Source: Methanosarcinales archaeon (GTDB lineage: Bacteria > Chloroflexota > Anaerolineae > Anaerolineales > E44-bin32). From it: 41,902 nucleotides of DNA. This document shows positions 1 to 8,387 of the stretch, in pieces. Within the stretch, counting starts at the first letter, position 1; each line of letters starts with the position of its first letter. Where the stretch lies: positions 1-41,902 of the forward strand of contig JAIWHF010000002.1 in the NCBI GenBank assembly GCA_048629905.1. The letters are read 5' to 3'. The notes beneath the pieces are model-generated. The model was given only the letters and a program-made list of their open reading frames with translations. It was not told the origin of the DNA and made no database searches. A program made the translations under genes and the position numbers.

Positions 1-21
1 TAGACTTTCCCGCAGTTCTTA

Positions 22-56
22 AACCTCCCGCAGGATAGAAAAACCTGCGGGAGGTT
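22..56. repeat. Hairpin repeat, copy A: 13-bp stem AACCTCCCGCAGG / CCTGCGGGAGGTT with a 9-nt A-rich loop
   Basis: Perfect inverted repeat at 22-34 and 44-56. Both arms recur identically at 13308-13320 and 13327-13339. A second GT/AC-rich imperfect hairpin follows at about 67-92. Confidence 0.8.
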
Positions 57-233
57 AGGCGTGCAGGTGTGTGTTGGCCCACGGCCACACACGGGTCGCC
101 CCCTGAATTATTTGTGCAGTGGAGCTGAGTGACCTCAACACGCGTCGTCCCTCAAACAATTTGGAGGAGAACCAATAAAGTTAACACGGGGATTCAGCGT
201 GGAGAGTATAATCAGCAAATTCGAGGTGAGGCG

Positions 234-890
234 ATGAAAAACAGGTCCTTATCTTTTCTTCTGATGATGTTGCTCTTTCTGTTGGGAAGCGCGTGCCAAT
301 TCACGGACCAAACTTTGGAAGAAGAGACATTTACGAATCAGCAAATACCTGACCGCCCCTACAGACCGCTTCAAGTTACCCTGCGTGCCCCTCAAGATAG
401 TCAATCATCAGACTCCCTCAAAGGCACGGGGGAAGACGCGCTATCCACAGTCAGGCCTACGCAAACGGGGGATCTTGATACCGCAATTTCGTCAACCACG
501 GATGCTCTTCTCTCAGCGATCAATGTCCGTCGAGCGCTGGAGGGCTGGCCGCCTCTTGTTCGTCAGATTGCACTCACCGAAATTGCGAACAAGAGAGCCA
601 TCGATATGGCAGTACATGCGTATCTAAGCCACGAAGACCCTGAGACAGGGGAGATTCTGGTTGAACGCATGCTCATCGATAAGGGGTATCACGGTCGCGT
701 GGCGGAACTGGTCTATGCTGCAAACGAGCCGCTTGATCGTCTGGGTGAGATCACCATCGATGAATGGTTTGATGATCCCGATACGCGCTCTGTGCTTCTC
801 AACCCCGGTTTCCATTTTGTTGGGATTGGGATGATGGGTGACGGAACGACGTGGAAAATCGTGCAAGTCCTGGCGGAACACGCACCTTAA
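234..890 (+). CDS. Secreted or lipid-anchored CAP/SCP (PR-1, YkwD-like) domain protein
   Basis: ORF 129-890. I prefer the internal ATG at 234, which is preceded by GAGGTGAGG. Signal peptide MKNRSLSFLLMMLLFLLGSAC has a lipobox-like GSAC. The C-terminal domain carries YkwD/CAP-like motifs (AINVRRALEGWPPL, HAYLSHEDPETGE, DEWFDDPDTRSVLLNPGFHFVGIG). Confidence 0.75.
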   Translation: MKNRSLSFLLMMLLFLLGSACQFTDQTLEEETFTNQQIPDRPYRPLQVTLRAPQDSQSSDSLKGTGEDALSTVRPTQTGDLDTAISSTTDALLSAINVRRALEGWPPLVRQIALTEIANKRAIDMAVHAYLSHEDPETGEILVERMLIDKGYHGRVAELVYAANEPLDRLGEITIDEWFDDPDTRSVLLNPGFHFVGIGMMGDGTTWKIVQVLAEHAP

Positions 891-903
891 TGGAGAATTC
901 AGG

Positions 904-1150
904 TTGAAGAATCGTGAGATCGCGGAAATCCTTTAAACAATCGCTGATCTGCTTGTGATCAAAGGAGAGGCGGGCTACCTGACCATTTTGCCTTCCGTAG
1001 ATTTGGCGTGGGAACGGCGCAACGTGCTTGGGCGGAAGCCCCCTCGATTGTGAATACATGGCCGTTGGATCGGCTCCTAGCGTGGGTAAAATCCCGAGGA
1101 TAGATTACAGCCAACCGCAACCTCTCGATGCTTTCGGGGTTAACCACATT
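904..1150 (+). pseudogene. Decayed N-terminal relic of a family-X DNA polymerase (PolX helix-hairpin-helix 8-kDa domain)
   Basis: The frame from TTG 904 reads MKNREIAEIL*TIADLLVIKGEAGY, with an in-frame TAA at 934-936. This matches the PolX N-terminal signature (xNxEIAxxLEEIADLLEIKGENxF). Similarity continues in two other frames (HFAFRRF...APSIV, then APSVGKIPRIDY, compare LPGVGKKIAEKI). That implies one stop and two frameshifts, and nothing downstream of the N-terminal ~85 residues remains. Confidence 0.5.
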
Positions 1151-1193
1151 TAGAGCAGCAATTGCTGCTGTCATAGACCCAGGAGAGAAGCGA

Positions 1194-2048
1194 ATGTCGA
1201 AAATTGCCATTATTACGGATAGCACGGCTTATATACCCCAAAAATTAATAGATCAATATGACATAAAAGTCGCGTTATCCTATTCGATCTGGGATGGTGG
1301 CAAGGAAATGTTCCGCGATGGAACGGAGATGTCCCCTTCCCAATTCTATGCTCGTTTGAAGGAGAGCGTGGATATTCCATCAACCTCTCAAGCCACGGTC
1401 ACCGATTTTGATGAGATCTATAAACCACTGGTTGCGGAGGGAAGACCCATCCTCTCCATTCACGTATCCCCAAAGCTTTCAGGGACTTTGACTTCTGCAA
1501 CGCTAGCGAAGGAGAATTTCCCGGGCGCGAAAATTGAGTTTGTCAACTCGATGTCAGTGTCGATGGAATTGGGATTTCAAGTTCTAGCAGCAGCTCGTGC
1601 TGTGGAGGCGGGGAAATCCTTTGAAGAAGTCGTTGAAATCGCTGAAAAAGCGAAAAATCACACCGGGATATTCTTTGTTGTGGACACGTTAGAATACCTC
1701 CACCGTAACGGTCGGATCGGGGGCGCGTCGAAGTTGCTAGGCACAGCGCTGAGTTTGAAACCGCTTCTCCATGTGCACGATGGACAGGTGGATTCTTTTG
1801 AGAAGGTGAGATCGAAATCGAAAGCCAAAGCAAGGTTATTAGATATCGTGGGAGAAAAGCTCGAGGGAAAGAAAAACGTGCGCATAGCTTGTCTTCACGC
1901 CGCGAGCGAAGAGGAAGCGCAAGAATTACTCCGAGAAGCAGAGGAAAGATTTAATCCTGTCGAGTCCATGCTAGCTGAAGTCAGTCCGGCTGTCGGTGCG
2001 AACGTCGGTCCGGGAACCGTGGGTATAGCTTTCAGCACTGAAATATAA
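1194..2048 (+). CDS. DegV family fatty-acid-binding protein
   Basis: ORF 1128-2048. I prefer ATG 1194 after AGGAGAG. N-terminus MSKIAIITDSTAYIP and motifs SQATVTDF, SIHVSPKLSGT and FVVDTLEYLHRNGRIG are typical of DegV. Confidence 0.85.
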   Translation: MSKIAIITDSTAYIPQKLIDQYDIKVALSYSIWDGGKEMFRDGTEMSPSQFYARLKESVDIPSTSQATVTDFDEIYKPLVAEGRPILSIHVSPKLSGTLTSATLAKENFPGAKIEFVNSMSVSMELGFQVLAAARAVEAGKSFEEVVEIAEKAKNHTGIFFVVDTLEYLHRNGRIGGASKLLGTALSLKPLLHVHDGQVDSFEKVRSKSKAKARLLDIVGEKLEGKKNVRIACLHAASEEEAQELLREAEERFNPVESMLAEVSPAVGANVGPGTVGIAFSTEI

Positions 2049-2116
2049 AGCTCAGGGATTTCAAGTCGGCAGTCACGAACGCCAATAACGACCTTGATTT
2101 TGTGAACTGTAAGTGA

Positions 2117-2153
2117 GGACCTCCCAGAACGGCGAGATCGTACTGGGAGGTCC
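2117..2153 (+). terminator. Stem-loop downstream of degV (11-bp stem GGACCTCCCAG / CTGGGAGGTCC)
   Basis: Perfect inverted repeat at 2117-2127 and 2143-2153. There is no clear T-tract, so terminator function is tentative. Confidence 0.4.
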
Positions 2154-2267
2154 ATATGGTTAATCCTTCCTGTTACTGGCGCCAGACCACCACGTTAGGT
2201 TTCGATCCAGGAGCTCTTAGATCATTCGCTTAATATTATTTGGACATTAATCAGGAGGTTGGGAAAA

Positions 2268-3239
2268 ATGGAATCGCGACCTTTAGGAAGATCAGGGATA
2301 AAAGTCTCCCCGTTATGTTTGGGCACGATGCAATTTGGATGGACGGCGGATGAAAAAACATCCTTCGAAGTGCTCGATGCGGCTTATGATGCGGGAATTA
2401 ATTTCATTGATACGGCTGATATCTATTCACGGTGGATCGATGGGAATCCGGGAGGGGTCGCTGAGAGCATCATCGGAAAATGGCTTCGCAAGAATCCTGA
2501 GAAACGAACACAGGTCATCCTGGCGACGAAAGTTCGAGGACGGATGGGCGAGGGGCCAAATGATGAAGGGCTTTCTCGTAAACATATCTTCTCGGCCGTG
2601 GAGCAGTCCCTTAAGCGATTGGGAACAGACTATATCGATCTATACCAGGTGCACTGGCCGGATGAGAGTACACCGATCGAGGAAACACTACGTGCGTTGG
2701 ATGATCTTATCCGCGATGGACGTGTGCTTTATATCGGCTGCTCAAATTACTCGGCGTGGCGTTTAATGGAGTCCTTGTGGACATCCGATCGCTGCCGGCT
2801 GACAAGTTTCATCAGCCTCCAACCACATTACAATTTAGTCCATCGGGAGGAGTTCGAGCGGGAACTGGAAGAACTTTGTTTGAATTTCGACATCGGAGTT
2901 ATCCCGTACAGTCCGTTAGCGGGGGGCTTCCTCACCGGCAAGTACGCCGGCGATCAAACCCCTCCGGAAGGCAGTCGCGGGGCGCTGAGTGATCGGATTC
3001 AAGCCTATCTAAAGGACTCGCACAGCCTATCCACATTGGAGATTGTCAAGCAAATCGCTCTGGAAAGAAAGAAATCACCTTCGCAAGTCGCTCTGCGCTG
3101 GTTGATTTCCCGACCTGCTGTTGTGAGCGCTATTATCGGTCCTCGAGATCTAAAGCAGCTGGAGGACAACCTCGGGTGCCTGTCTGTTGAATTAGCGGAT
3201 GAAGATGTGCAGCGGCTGGATGAGGGAAGTGCATGGTGA
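2268..3239 (+). CDS. Aldo/keto reductase family oxidoreductase
   Basis: ATG 2268 lies 9 nt after AGGAGG (the ORF track starts at TTG 2259). Motifs LGRSGIKVSPLCLGTMQFG, INFIDTADIYS, DLYQVHWPD and YIGCSNYSAWR are seen. Confidence 0.9.
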   Translation: MESRPLGRSGIKVSPLCLGTMQFGWTADEKTSFEVLDAAYDAGINFIDTADIYSRWIDGNPGGVAESIIGKWLRKNPEKRTQVILATKVRGRMGEGPNDEGLSRKHIFSAVEQSLKRLGTDYIDLYQVHWPDESTPIEETLRALDDLIRDGRVLYIGCSNYSAWRLMESLWTSDRCRLTSFISLQPHYNLVHREEFERELEELCLNFDIGVIPYSPLAGGFLTGKYAGDQTPPEGSRGALSDRIQAYLKDSHSLSTLEIVKQIALERKKSPSQVALRWLISRPAVVSAIIGPRDLKQLEDNLGCLSVELADEDVQRLDEGSAW

Positions 3240-3338
3240 TGGTTAATCCCGAGGGGAATTAAGTAATTGAAGACCCCGGGTTATATTTTCAAAGTGGTCG
3301 CAATGGGGGTGTAGTTATGGTAAGTTTATGAAGCCCGA

Positions 3339-3347
3339 TGGTATAAT
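3339..3347 (+). promoter_or_regulatory. Extended -10 promoter element TGGTATAAT, 5 nt upstream of ATG 3353 (leaderless-type arrangement)
   Basis: TG-n-TATAAT lies at 3339-3347 and the ATG at 3353. No good -35 element and no Shine-Dalgarno sequence for this ATG. An alternative start at ATG 3383 is preceded by GGGAGA. Confidence 0.4.
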
Positions 3348-3352
3348 GTAAA

Positions 3353-4246
3353 ATGAGCTTAAAGGAGCAGCTGGGAGACCCAATGGAGCGCTCCATCCAA
3401 CAATATCTTGACGAACTCCAAAATGAACGCAACGCCTCGGTACATACAATTACTGCGTATGGCACCGACCTCGATCAGTTCTATCGTGTTCTCGCCAGCC
3501 ATTCAGGCACACCGCTGGCGCCTGAGGCGCTTACTCCTTCGGCTGTCATGCACTATGTAGACTGGCTGGGGGTGCAGGGCTACAGACCGGCGACGGTCTC
3601 TCGCAAGCTTGCTGCTGCCAGATCCTACCTTGAGTTCCTCTCTAGTCAGGGTCTTGTGGACGTTCGGGGCCTCCGCGGGTTGCTAAAAGGACCGGCACTA
3701 GGAAGACCTCAACCGCGGACACTTAACAAACAGGAACTGGATCGGTTGCTGTTGGCGCCACGAAAGTATCTTTCTCCAGGTGCAATCCGAGATGCAGCAA
3801 TCCTTTCGCTGCTGTACGAAACTGGGTTCCGAGCCACGGATATGGTTCGCCTCCGAGTTCCCGATGTAGATCTTAACCATGCACACATTCGAAGACCGCC
3901 AGATCGTACCCAATGGGTGGTGATTCCTGAATCGATCACTCTGTTGCAAAAATACTTAAGTGATGGGCGACCCCACTTCGTGCGCAACGTCGCTGAGAAT
4001 GTACTGTTCCTAAACCAACGAGGCCAGGGATTGAGCCGGCAAGGGTTGTGGCTGGTCGTCAAACGTTGGGCGGTTGTAAGCGAGTTGGAAGGATCCCTCT
4101 CCCCTCACACATTGCGACACTCGCGAGCCAGTCATATGTTAGAAGAAGGTAAATCTCGACGTGAAGTGCAAACACTCCTGGGGCTTTCGAGCCCGAACGC
4201 TGTTCGTATTCATCGCCGTCGATCCAGAAGCGAAGACGAGAGGTAG
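3353..4246 (+). CDS. XerD/XerC-like tyrosine-recombinase-fold protein, apparently lacking the catalytic Tyr
   Basis: SAM-like N-terminal domain (SIQQYLDELQNERNASVHTITAYGTDLDQF). Arg I (ETGFRATDM) and HxxR (HTLRHS) are present. The C-terminus LLGLSSPNAVRIHRRRS aligns without gaps to XerD LLGHSDLSTTQIYTHVA, giving GH to GL and Y to H. No GKGxK hairpin lysine is present. Confidence 0.75.
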   Translation: MSLKEQLGDPMERSIQQYLDELQNERNASVHTITAYGTDLDQFYRVLASHSGTPLAPEALTPSAVMHYVDWLGVQGYRPATVSRKLAAARSYLEFLSSQGLVDVRGLRGLLKGPALGRPQPRTLNKQELDRLLLAPRKYLSPGAIRDAAILSLLYETGFRATDMVRLRVPDVDLNHAHIRRPPDRTQWVVIPESITLLQKYLSDGRPHFVRNVAENVLFLNQRGQGLSRQGLWLVVKRWAVVSELEGSLSPHTLRHSRASHMLEEGKSRREVQTLLGLSSPNAVRIHRRRSRSEDER

Positions 4247-4249
4247 ACT

Positions 4250-5083
4250 ATGGATTTTATTCGTGAACAAGACATAGATGACGCGGTAGGGGCAATCAGA
4301 AAGACGACATCGTTGGAGCCCACAATTGGCATGATTTTAGGTTCCGGATTGGGCCCGCTGGCGGAGGCAATAGAGGGTGCGGAGCACATTGAAGTCAGTG
4401 CGATCCCTGGCTGGCCCGTTTCAACGGTCGAAGGGCACTCAGGCAAACTCGTCTTTGGTCATCTAGAGGGGGTTCCCGTTTTTGTTTTACAAGGTCGTGC
4501 TCATTACTATGAAGGACACTCAATTGAGCGCATAGGTCTCCCGGTGCGAGTTATGCAGAAGCTGGGGGCAAAAATTCTAATTGTTACGAATGCCGCGGGA
4601 GCCGTTCACCCCGAGTTTTCACCCGGTGAACTCATGCTCATCTCAGACCATATCAATCTAATTGGAATGGCCGGCCAATCGCCACTGAGAGGCCCGAACT
4701 TAGACGCATATGGCCCGCGCTTTCCAGATATGAGCCAGGCTTATGATCCGGAGCTGAAGTCGATCGCCAGAGCTGTCGCCGATAAAGGTGATATCCCACT
4801 GCAGGAAGGGGTTTACGTATGCCTTGCTGGACCCTCGTTTGAAACCCCGGCAGATTTACGGTTTCTGCGTGGAATCGGTGTTGACGCCGTCGGGATGTCC
4901 ACCGTTCCAGAAGTCATCATTGCCCGCCATGGTGGGATGCGCGTCCTGGGTGTTTCTGGTATTAGTAACAAGGCCAACCTCGACGGCTCAACAGTGACGA
5001 CTCACGAAGAAGTCTTAGCTGCGGGCGAGGTGATTGTCCCGAGATTGACAGCTCTAGTCAGGGGAGTATTAAAAGAAATATAA
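4250..5083 (+). CDS. punA: Purine nucleoside phosphorylase (PunA/PNP-I type)
   Basis: Motifs GMILGSGLG, GRAHYYEGH, VTNAAGAV, GPRFPDMSQAY, GPSFETPAD and VGMSTVPEV are seen. Confidence 0.9.
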   Translation: MDFIREQDIDDAVGAIRKTTSLEPTIGMILGSGLGPLAEAIEGAEHIEVSAIPGWPVSTVEGHSGKLVFGHLEGVPVFVLQGRAHYYEGHSIERIGLPVRVMQKLGAKILIVTNAAGAVHPEFSPGELMLISDHINLIGMAGQSPLRGPNLDAYGPRFPDMSQAYDPELKSIARAVADKGDIPLQEGVYVCLAGPSFETPADLRFLRGIGVDAVGMSTVPEVIIARHGGMRVLGVSGISNKANLDGSTVTTHEEVLAAGEVIVPRLTALVRGVLKEI

Positions 5084-5095
5084 GATTGGAAGTAC

Positions 5096-5797
5096 ATGGA
5101 AGAAGTATTACTGTTAATCGAGGCTAACCAGAGATGGATATTTCTCCTCCTGGGATTACTCGGACTGGTTTATTTTGGGTCGGTTCTGCGAGCGTACGAC
5201 AGATATCGGTCGGCGATCTATGGTTTGGAGCGGGAACGGTCCATCTCCAGGCTGCGACGCTCAGGTGGAATGCTTGCTCTCGCCGTCACCGGTATCGTCG
5301 TGGTGTTCATCTTGACGACCTTCGCTAGCCCTGCTCTTCCTGCCTCGCTACGCCCAACTGTAATACCAACGGTTTCCCTGCTTGCAACCCCCATTTTGGG
5401 ACAGGGAGAAGAAGGAACCGCATTTTCGACAGCGACGCCAATAGACCCGGATGGCATTGATGGCGCAGGTTGTGCAAATCTCAATGCGACGATCTTCTCT
5501 CCTGAAAGCGGCGAGAGAGTTAGTGGCGAGGTGCATTTTATCGGGGCTGCAAATATCCCGGGTTTTGCTTTCTATAAGCTTGAGTTCAACGATTTAAAGC
5601 CGGCAAGCTCCTGGCTGGCAATCTCGGCCAACAATCAAACCGTATGCGAGCAGGGTTGCGACGACGAGACAGAGATGTTGGGAATCTGGGATACAAGCCT
5701 GGTTCGACCAGGTCAGTATGCGGTCCAGTTGGTCGTTACCGATACACTCGGAAACGCTCCCTTCCCTTGCCAGATCCGGCTGCAAATCGTCCCATAA
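5096..5797 (+). CDS. Membrane-anchored hypothetical protein with an extracytoplasmic beta-rich C-terminal domain
   Basis: Two hydrophobic helices (WIFLLLGLLGLVYFGSVL and MLALAVTGIVVVFILTTFA). The Cys-containing C-terminal domain matches no family I recognise. Confidence 0.55.
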   Translation: MEEVLLLIEANQRWIFLLLGLLGLVYFGSVLRAYDRYRSAIYGLERERSISRLRRSGGMLALAVTGIVVVFILTTFASPALPASLRPTVIPTVSLLATPILGQGEEGTAFSTATPIDPDGIDGAGCANLNATIFSPESGERVSGEVHFIGAANIPGFAFYKLEFNDLKPASSWLAISANNQTVCEQGCDDETEMLGIWDTSLVRPGQYAVQLVVTDTLGNAPFPCQIRLQIVP

Positions 5798-5823
5798 GTA
5801 CGCAATGAGGGTCAAAGGTTACG

Positions 5824-6366
5824 ATGATTGAGCAAATTAATGTTCGCCAGGCAATATCAAGCGACATCCCCGGATTAATTTCCATGGACCATGGATTCAG
5901 CACAGATCATGTCTGGCAGCTCTCATACCGCAAGCAGGCAAGTGAGATCGGGGTGACCTTCCGGGAAGTGCGATTACCGCGCCCGATGCAGGCCGTCTAT
6001 CCAAGAGATCCTAAACGGTTGGCAGATGAGTGGACTCATCTGCAGGCACTGCTCATGGCGGAGGTAGAAGAGCAGCCTGCTGGATACCTGGCGTTGAGCG
6101 ATGGCCCTGCCGAAGCGTCCACGTGGATAACGGACGTAGTCGTAGACTTGCGCTTCAGGAGGCAGGGGGTCGCTTCAAGGCTGCTTGCTGCTGGAAAGGA
6201 GTGGTGCCGAGCCAGGGAAAGAAGACTCCTTTTCATGGAAATGCAGACTAAGAACTACCCGGCGATCTGCCTCGCTCAGAGAACCGGATTTCTTTACGCG
6301 GGATATAGTGATCTGTACTACCCGGATCAGGATATTGCGCTTTTCTTCGCTGTGGAACTCGGTTGA
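5824..6366 (+). CDS. GNAT family N-acetyltransferase
   Basis: Acetyl-CoA-binding motif VVVDLRFRRQGVASRLLAAG and a C-terminal FLYAGY segment. Confidence 0.8.
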   Translation: MIEQINVRQAISSDIPGLISMDHGFSTDHVWQLSYRKQASEIGVTFREVRLPRPMQAVYPRDPKRLADEWTHLQALLMAEVEEQPAGYLALSDGPAEASTWITDVVVDLRFRRQGVASRLLAAGKEWCRARERRLLFMEMQTKNYPAICLAQRTGFLYAGYSDLYYPDQDIALFFAVELG

Positions 6367-6384
6367 GAGCCAGCCGTAATCTCT

Positions 6385-8307
6385 ATGCCTGATATGGTTG
6401 CACCACTGCTCATTCTGAACCAAATCCTCACTGCTGGTAACACGATTACAGCATTCTCGCTGCTGCTCTACGCGCTGACCTTCAATATGCGTGAGAGGGT
6501 TGCGCGTTCCCTGGCAGTGTTGTTGGCTTGTGTAACAATCGTCTATTTTGGTGATGTGCTTGTGGCCACAACCCATTCCCCTGCAGAGGCTGAGGTGTGG
6601 CTTCGTTTACAGTGGCTGGGTATAAGTTTTGTGCCTGCTGCCTATCTGCAACTTTCCGATGCTCTCCTGGCCGCCACGGGAAGACCCTCCAGAGGCCGTC
6701 GATCGCGCCTCGTCGGATTGAGCTATCTTCTCAGCGGGGTAACACTAGCAGGAGTCGCATTCACCCAGTTGATCGCCGCCGAGGTTGTGATTAGTGAGTC
6801 AGTCGTCTATTTACGCCCCGGTCCACTCTTCCCGCTTTTCAGCCTTTTCTTGCTCATCAACTTGATTCTGGCGGGGTATAACTTTGGGCGAGCTTACAAA
6901 CGCTGCCTGACACGCTCTAGCAAACGACGGATGCGCTACCTGTTAGCTGGCTCAATTGGGCCACTGATTGCGGCGTATCCCTGGGTGATGCTGGGAGGAG
7001 CCACATTAATTTCCCAGGGCGTTCTTTTCTGGAGCATTTTAATCGTCATCAACATCTTCGTTGCTGTTCAGCTGGTGTTAATGTCCTATGCTGTAGCGTA
7101 CTTTGGTGTTGAGATTCCCGATCGAGTAGTCAAAGCGCGATTGTTTCAATGGATAATTCGTGGACCTTTTGTGGCATCCACAGTGCTAGCTCTCACCGTC
7201 ATCGTCGATCGGCTGGCAGAGATGTTCGGTTATGAAAACAGCCGTGTAGTCCCCTTCACGACGGTTGCCTCAATTCTCATCCTCCAATATTTGATCACGC
7301 TTATCCGTCGTCCGGTCGAACTCTGGTTCTTTTATGGCGAGGATCGCGGTGATGTCGCTCGGCTTCAGTTATTGGAAGAGCGTTTGCTCACGAGTGGGGA
7401 TCTCAAGCAATTTCTCGAATCCATTCTCAATGCGATCTGTGACCAGCTTGGGAGTGATTCGGCATTCGTTGCGCTCGTTGGGGCAGAGGGTCTGGAAATG
7501 GAGGTCGCGGTTGGTTCTGAGGACCCACTGCGGGGCTCGAAGGATCTTCCGCCATTGATGGTCACCGATAACCGCCAGGAGTTTGATCTTTTGGGGGATG
7601 TATTCTCTTGGGATGTATTCTGGTTAATCCCGCTGCGTCTAACTAATCCTGCTGAGGTCATCGGTTTCTTAGGGTTACAGGCTCGCGGCCCCGTACCCGA
7701 TTTCACACAAGAAGAAGAGGAAAATCTGAGTACGCTTCTTGAGCGAGCCACAATAGCGTTGACAGAGAGAAAATTGCAGCGAGAGGTTTTCGCGATCGTC
7801 GACCGGCTGGTGCCGCAAGTTCAGACGATTCAAAGAATACGGGCTGAAGCGCGCTATGCTGGTTCGGACGCGCTCACAGCCCCGGTAGAAGGGATTGGAT
7901 CCGAAGAGGAGCTAACGGAGCTGGTGCGTGAAGCGCTTGGGCATTATTGGGGCGGGCCTCGGCTTACCAGCAGCCCGCTGCTTGGGTTGCGTGTAGTCAG
8001 GCGGGCAATGGATGATCACGATGGGAACCCCGTGAACGCTTTAAGAGCAACTCTTCGCCATGCAATCGATCAGGTCCGGCCAGAAGGGGAGCGCCGTTTC
8101 ACGGCAGAGTGGATGCTGTACAATATTCTGGAGATGAAATTTCTGCAGGGTAGAAAAGTAAGAGATGTCGCTATGAAATTGGCGATGTCTGAGGCGGATC
8201 TATACCGGAAACAACGAGTCGCGATCGAGGCGGTAGCCGAAACGATAGCGAACATGGAACGAGGGGTAGCTGCCTCAGATGAGGTTGTGGCCCAGAAGAT
8301 GGAATAA
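6385..8307 (+). CDS. Polytopic membrane protein with a GAF-like module and a C-terminal sigma-70 region-4-like HTH (putative membrane-integrated regulator)
   Basis: About 300 N-terminal residues form multiple hydrophobic helices, resembling the 7TM N-terminal region of some histidine kinases. The middle segment FLESILNAICDQLGSDSAFVALVG...VIGFLGLQARG looks GAF-like. The C-terminus ILEMKFLQGRKVRDVAMKLAMSEADLYRKQRVAIEAVA looks like an HTH. Confidence 0.6.
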   Translation: MPDMVAPLLILNQILTAGNTITAFSLLLYALTFNMRERVARSLAVLLACVTIVYFGDVLVATTHSPAEAEVWLRLQWLGISFVPAAYLQLSDALLAATGRPSRGRRSRLVGLSYLLSGVTLAGVAFTQLIAAEVVISESVVYLRPGPLFPLFSLFLLINLILAGYNFGRAYKRCLTRSSKRRMRYLLAGSIGPLIAAYPWVMLGGATLISQGVLFWSILIVINIFVAVQLVLMSYAVAYFGVEIPDRVVKARLFQWIIRGPFVASTVLALTVIVDRLAEMFGYENSRVVPFTTVASILILQYLITLIRRPVELWFFYGEDRGDVARLQLLEERLLTSGDLKQFLESILNAICDQLGSDSAFVALVGAEGLEMEVAVGSEDPLRGSKDLPPLMVTDNRQEFDLLGDVFSWDVFWLIPLRLTNPAEVIGFLGLQARGPVPDFTQEEEENLSTLLERATIALTERKLQREVFAIVDRLVPQVQTIQRIRAEARYAGSDALTAPVEGIGSEEELTELVREALGHYWGGPRLTSSPLLGLRVVRRAMDDHDGNPVNALRATLRHAIDQVRPEGERRFTAEWMLYNILEMKFLQGRKVRDVAMKLAMSEADLYRKQRVAIEAVAETIANMERGVAASDEVVAQKME

Positions 8308-8387
8308 TTCTCATTTGGATGGATTATCAACCATTCGGAATTTCGCAGGTCTTATCTGAGTCGACGAGTGGGTAAAGGTTTATTAGC

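Noticed and set aside
129-233. N-terminal extensions proposed by the ORF track at 129, 1128, 2259, 17329, 17576, 22907, 23897, 30004 and 38659.
   Set aside because: In each case an internal ATG or GTG has a better Shine-Dalgarno sequence or begins exactly at the signal peptide or conserved N-terminus. The extension also runs through a terminator hairpin, a promoter or a pseudogene relic.
3331-3360. A dif-like site overlapping the xerD-like promoter (GATGGTATAATGTAAAATGAGC compared with the E. coli dif core ...GCGCATAATGTATATTATGTT...).
   Set aside because: Only the ATAATGTA core matches, and the right arm does not align. The resemblance is explained by the TATAAT box.
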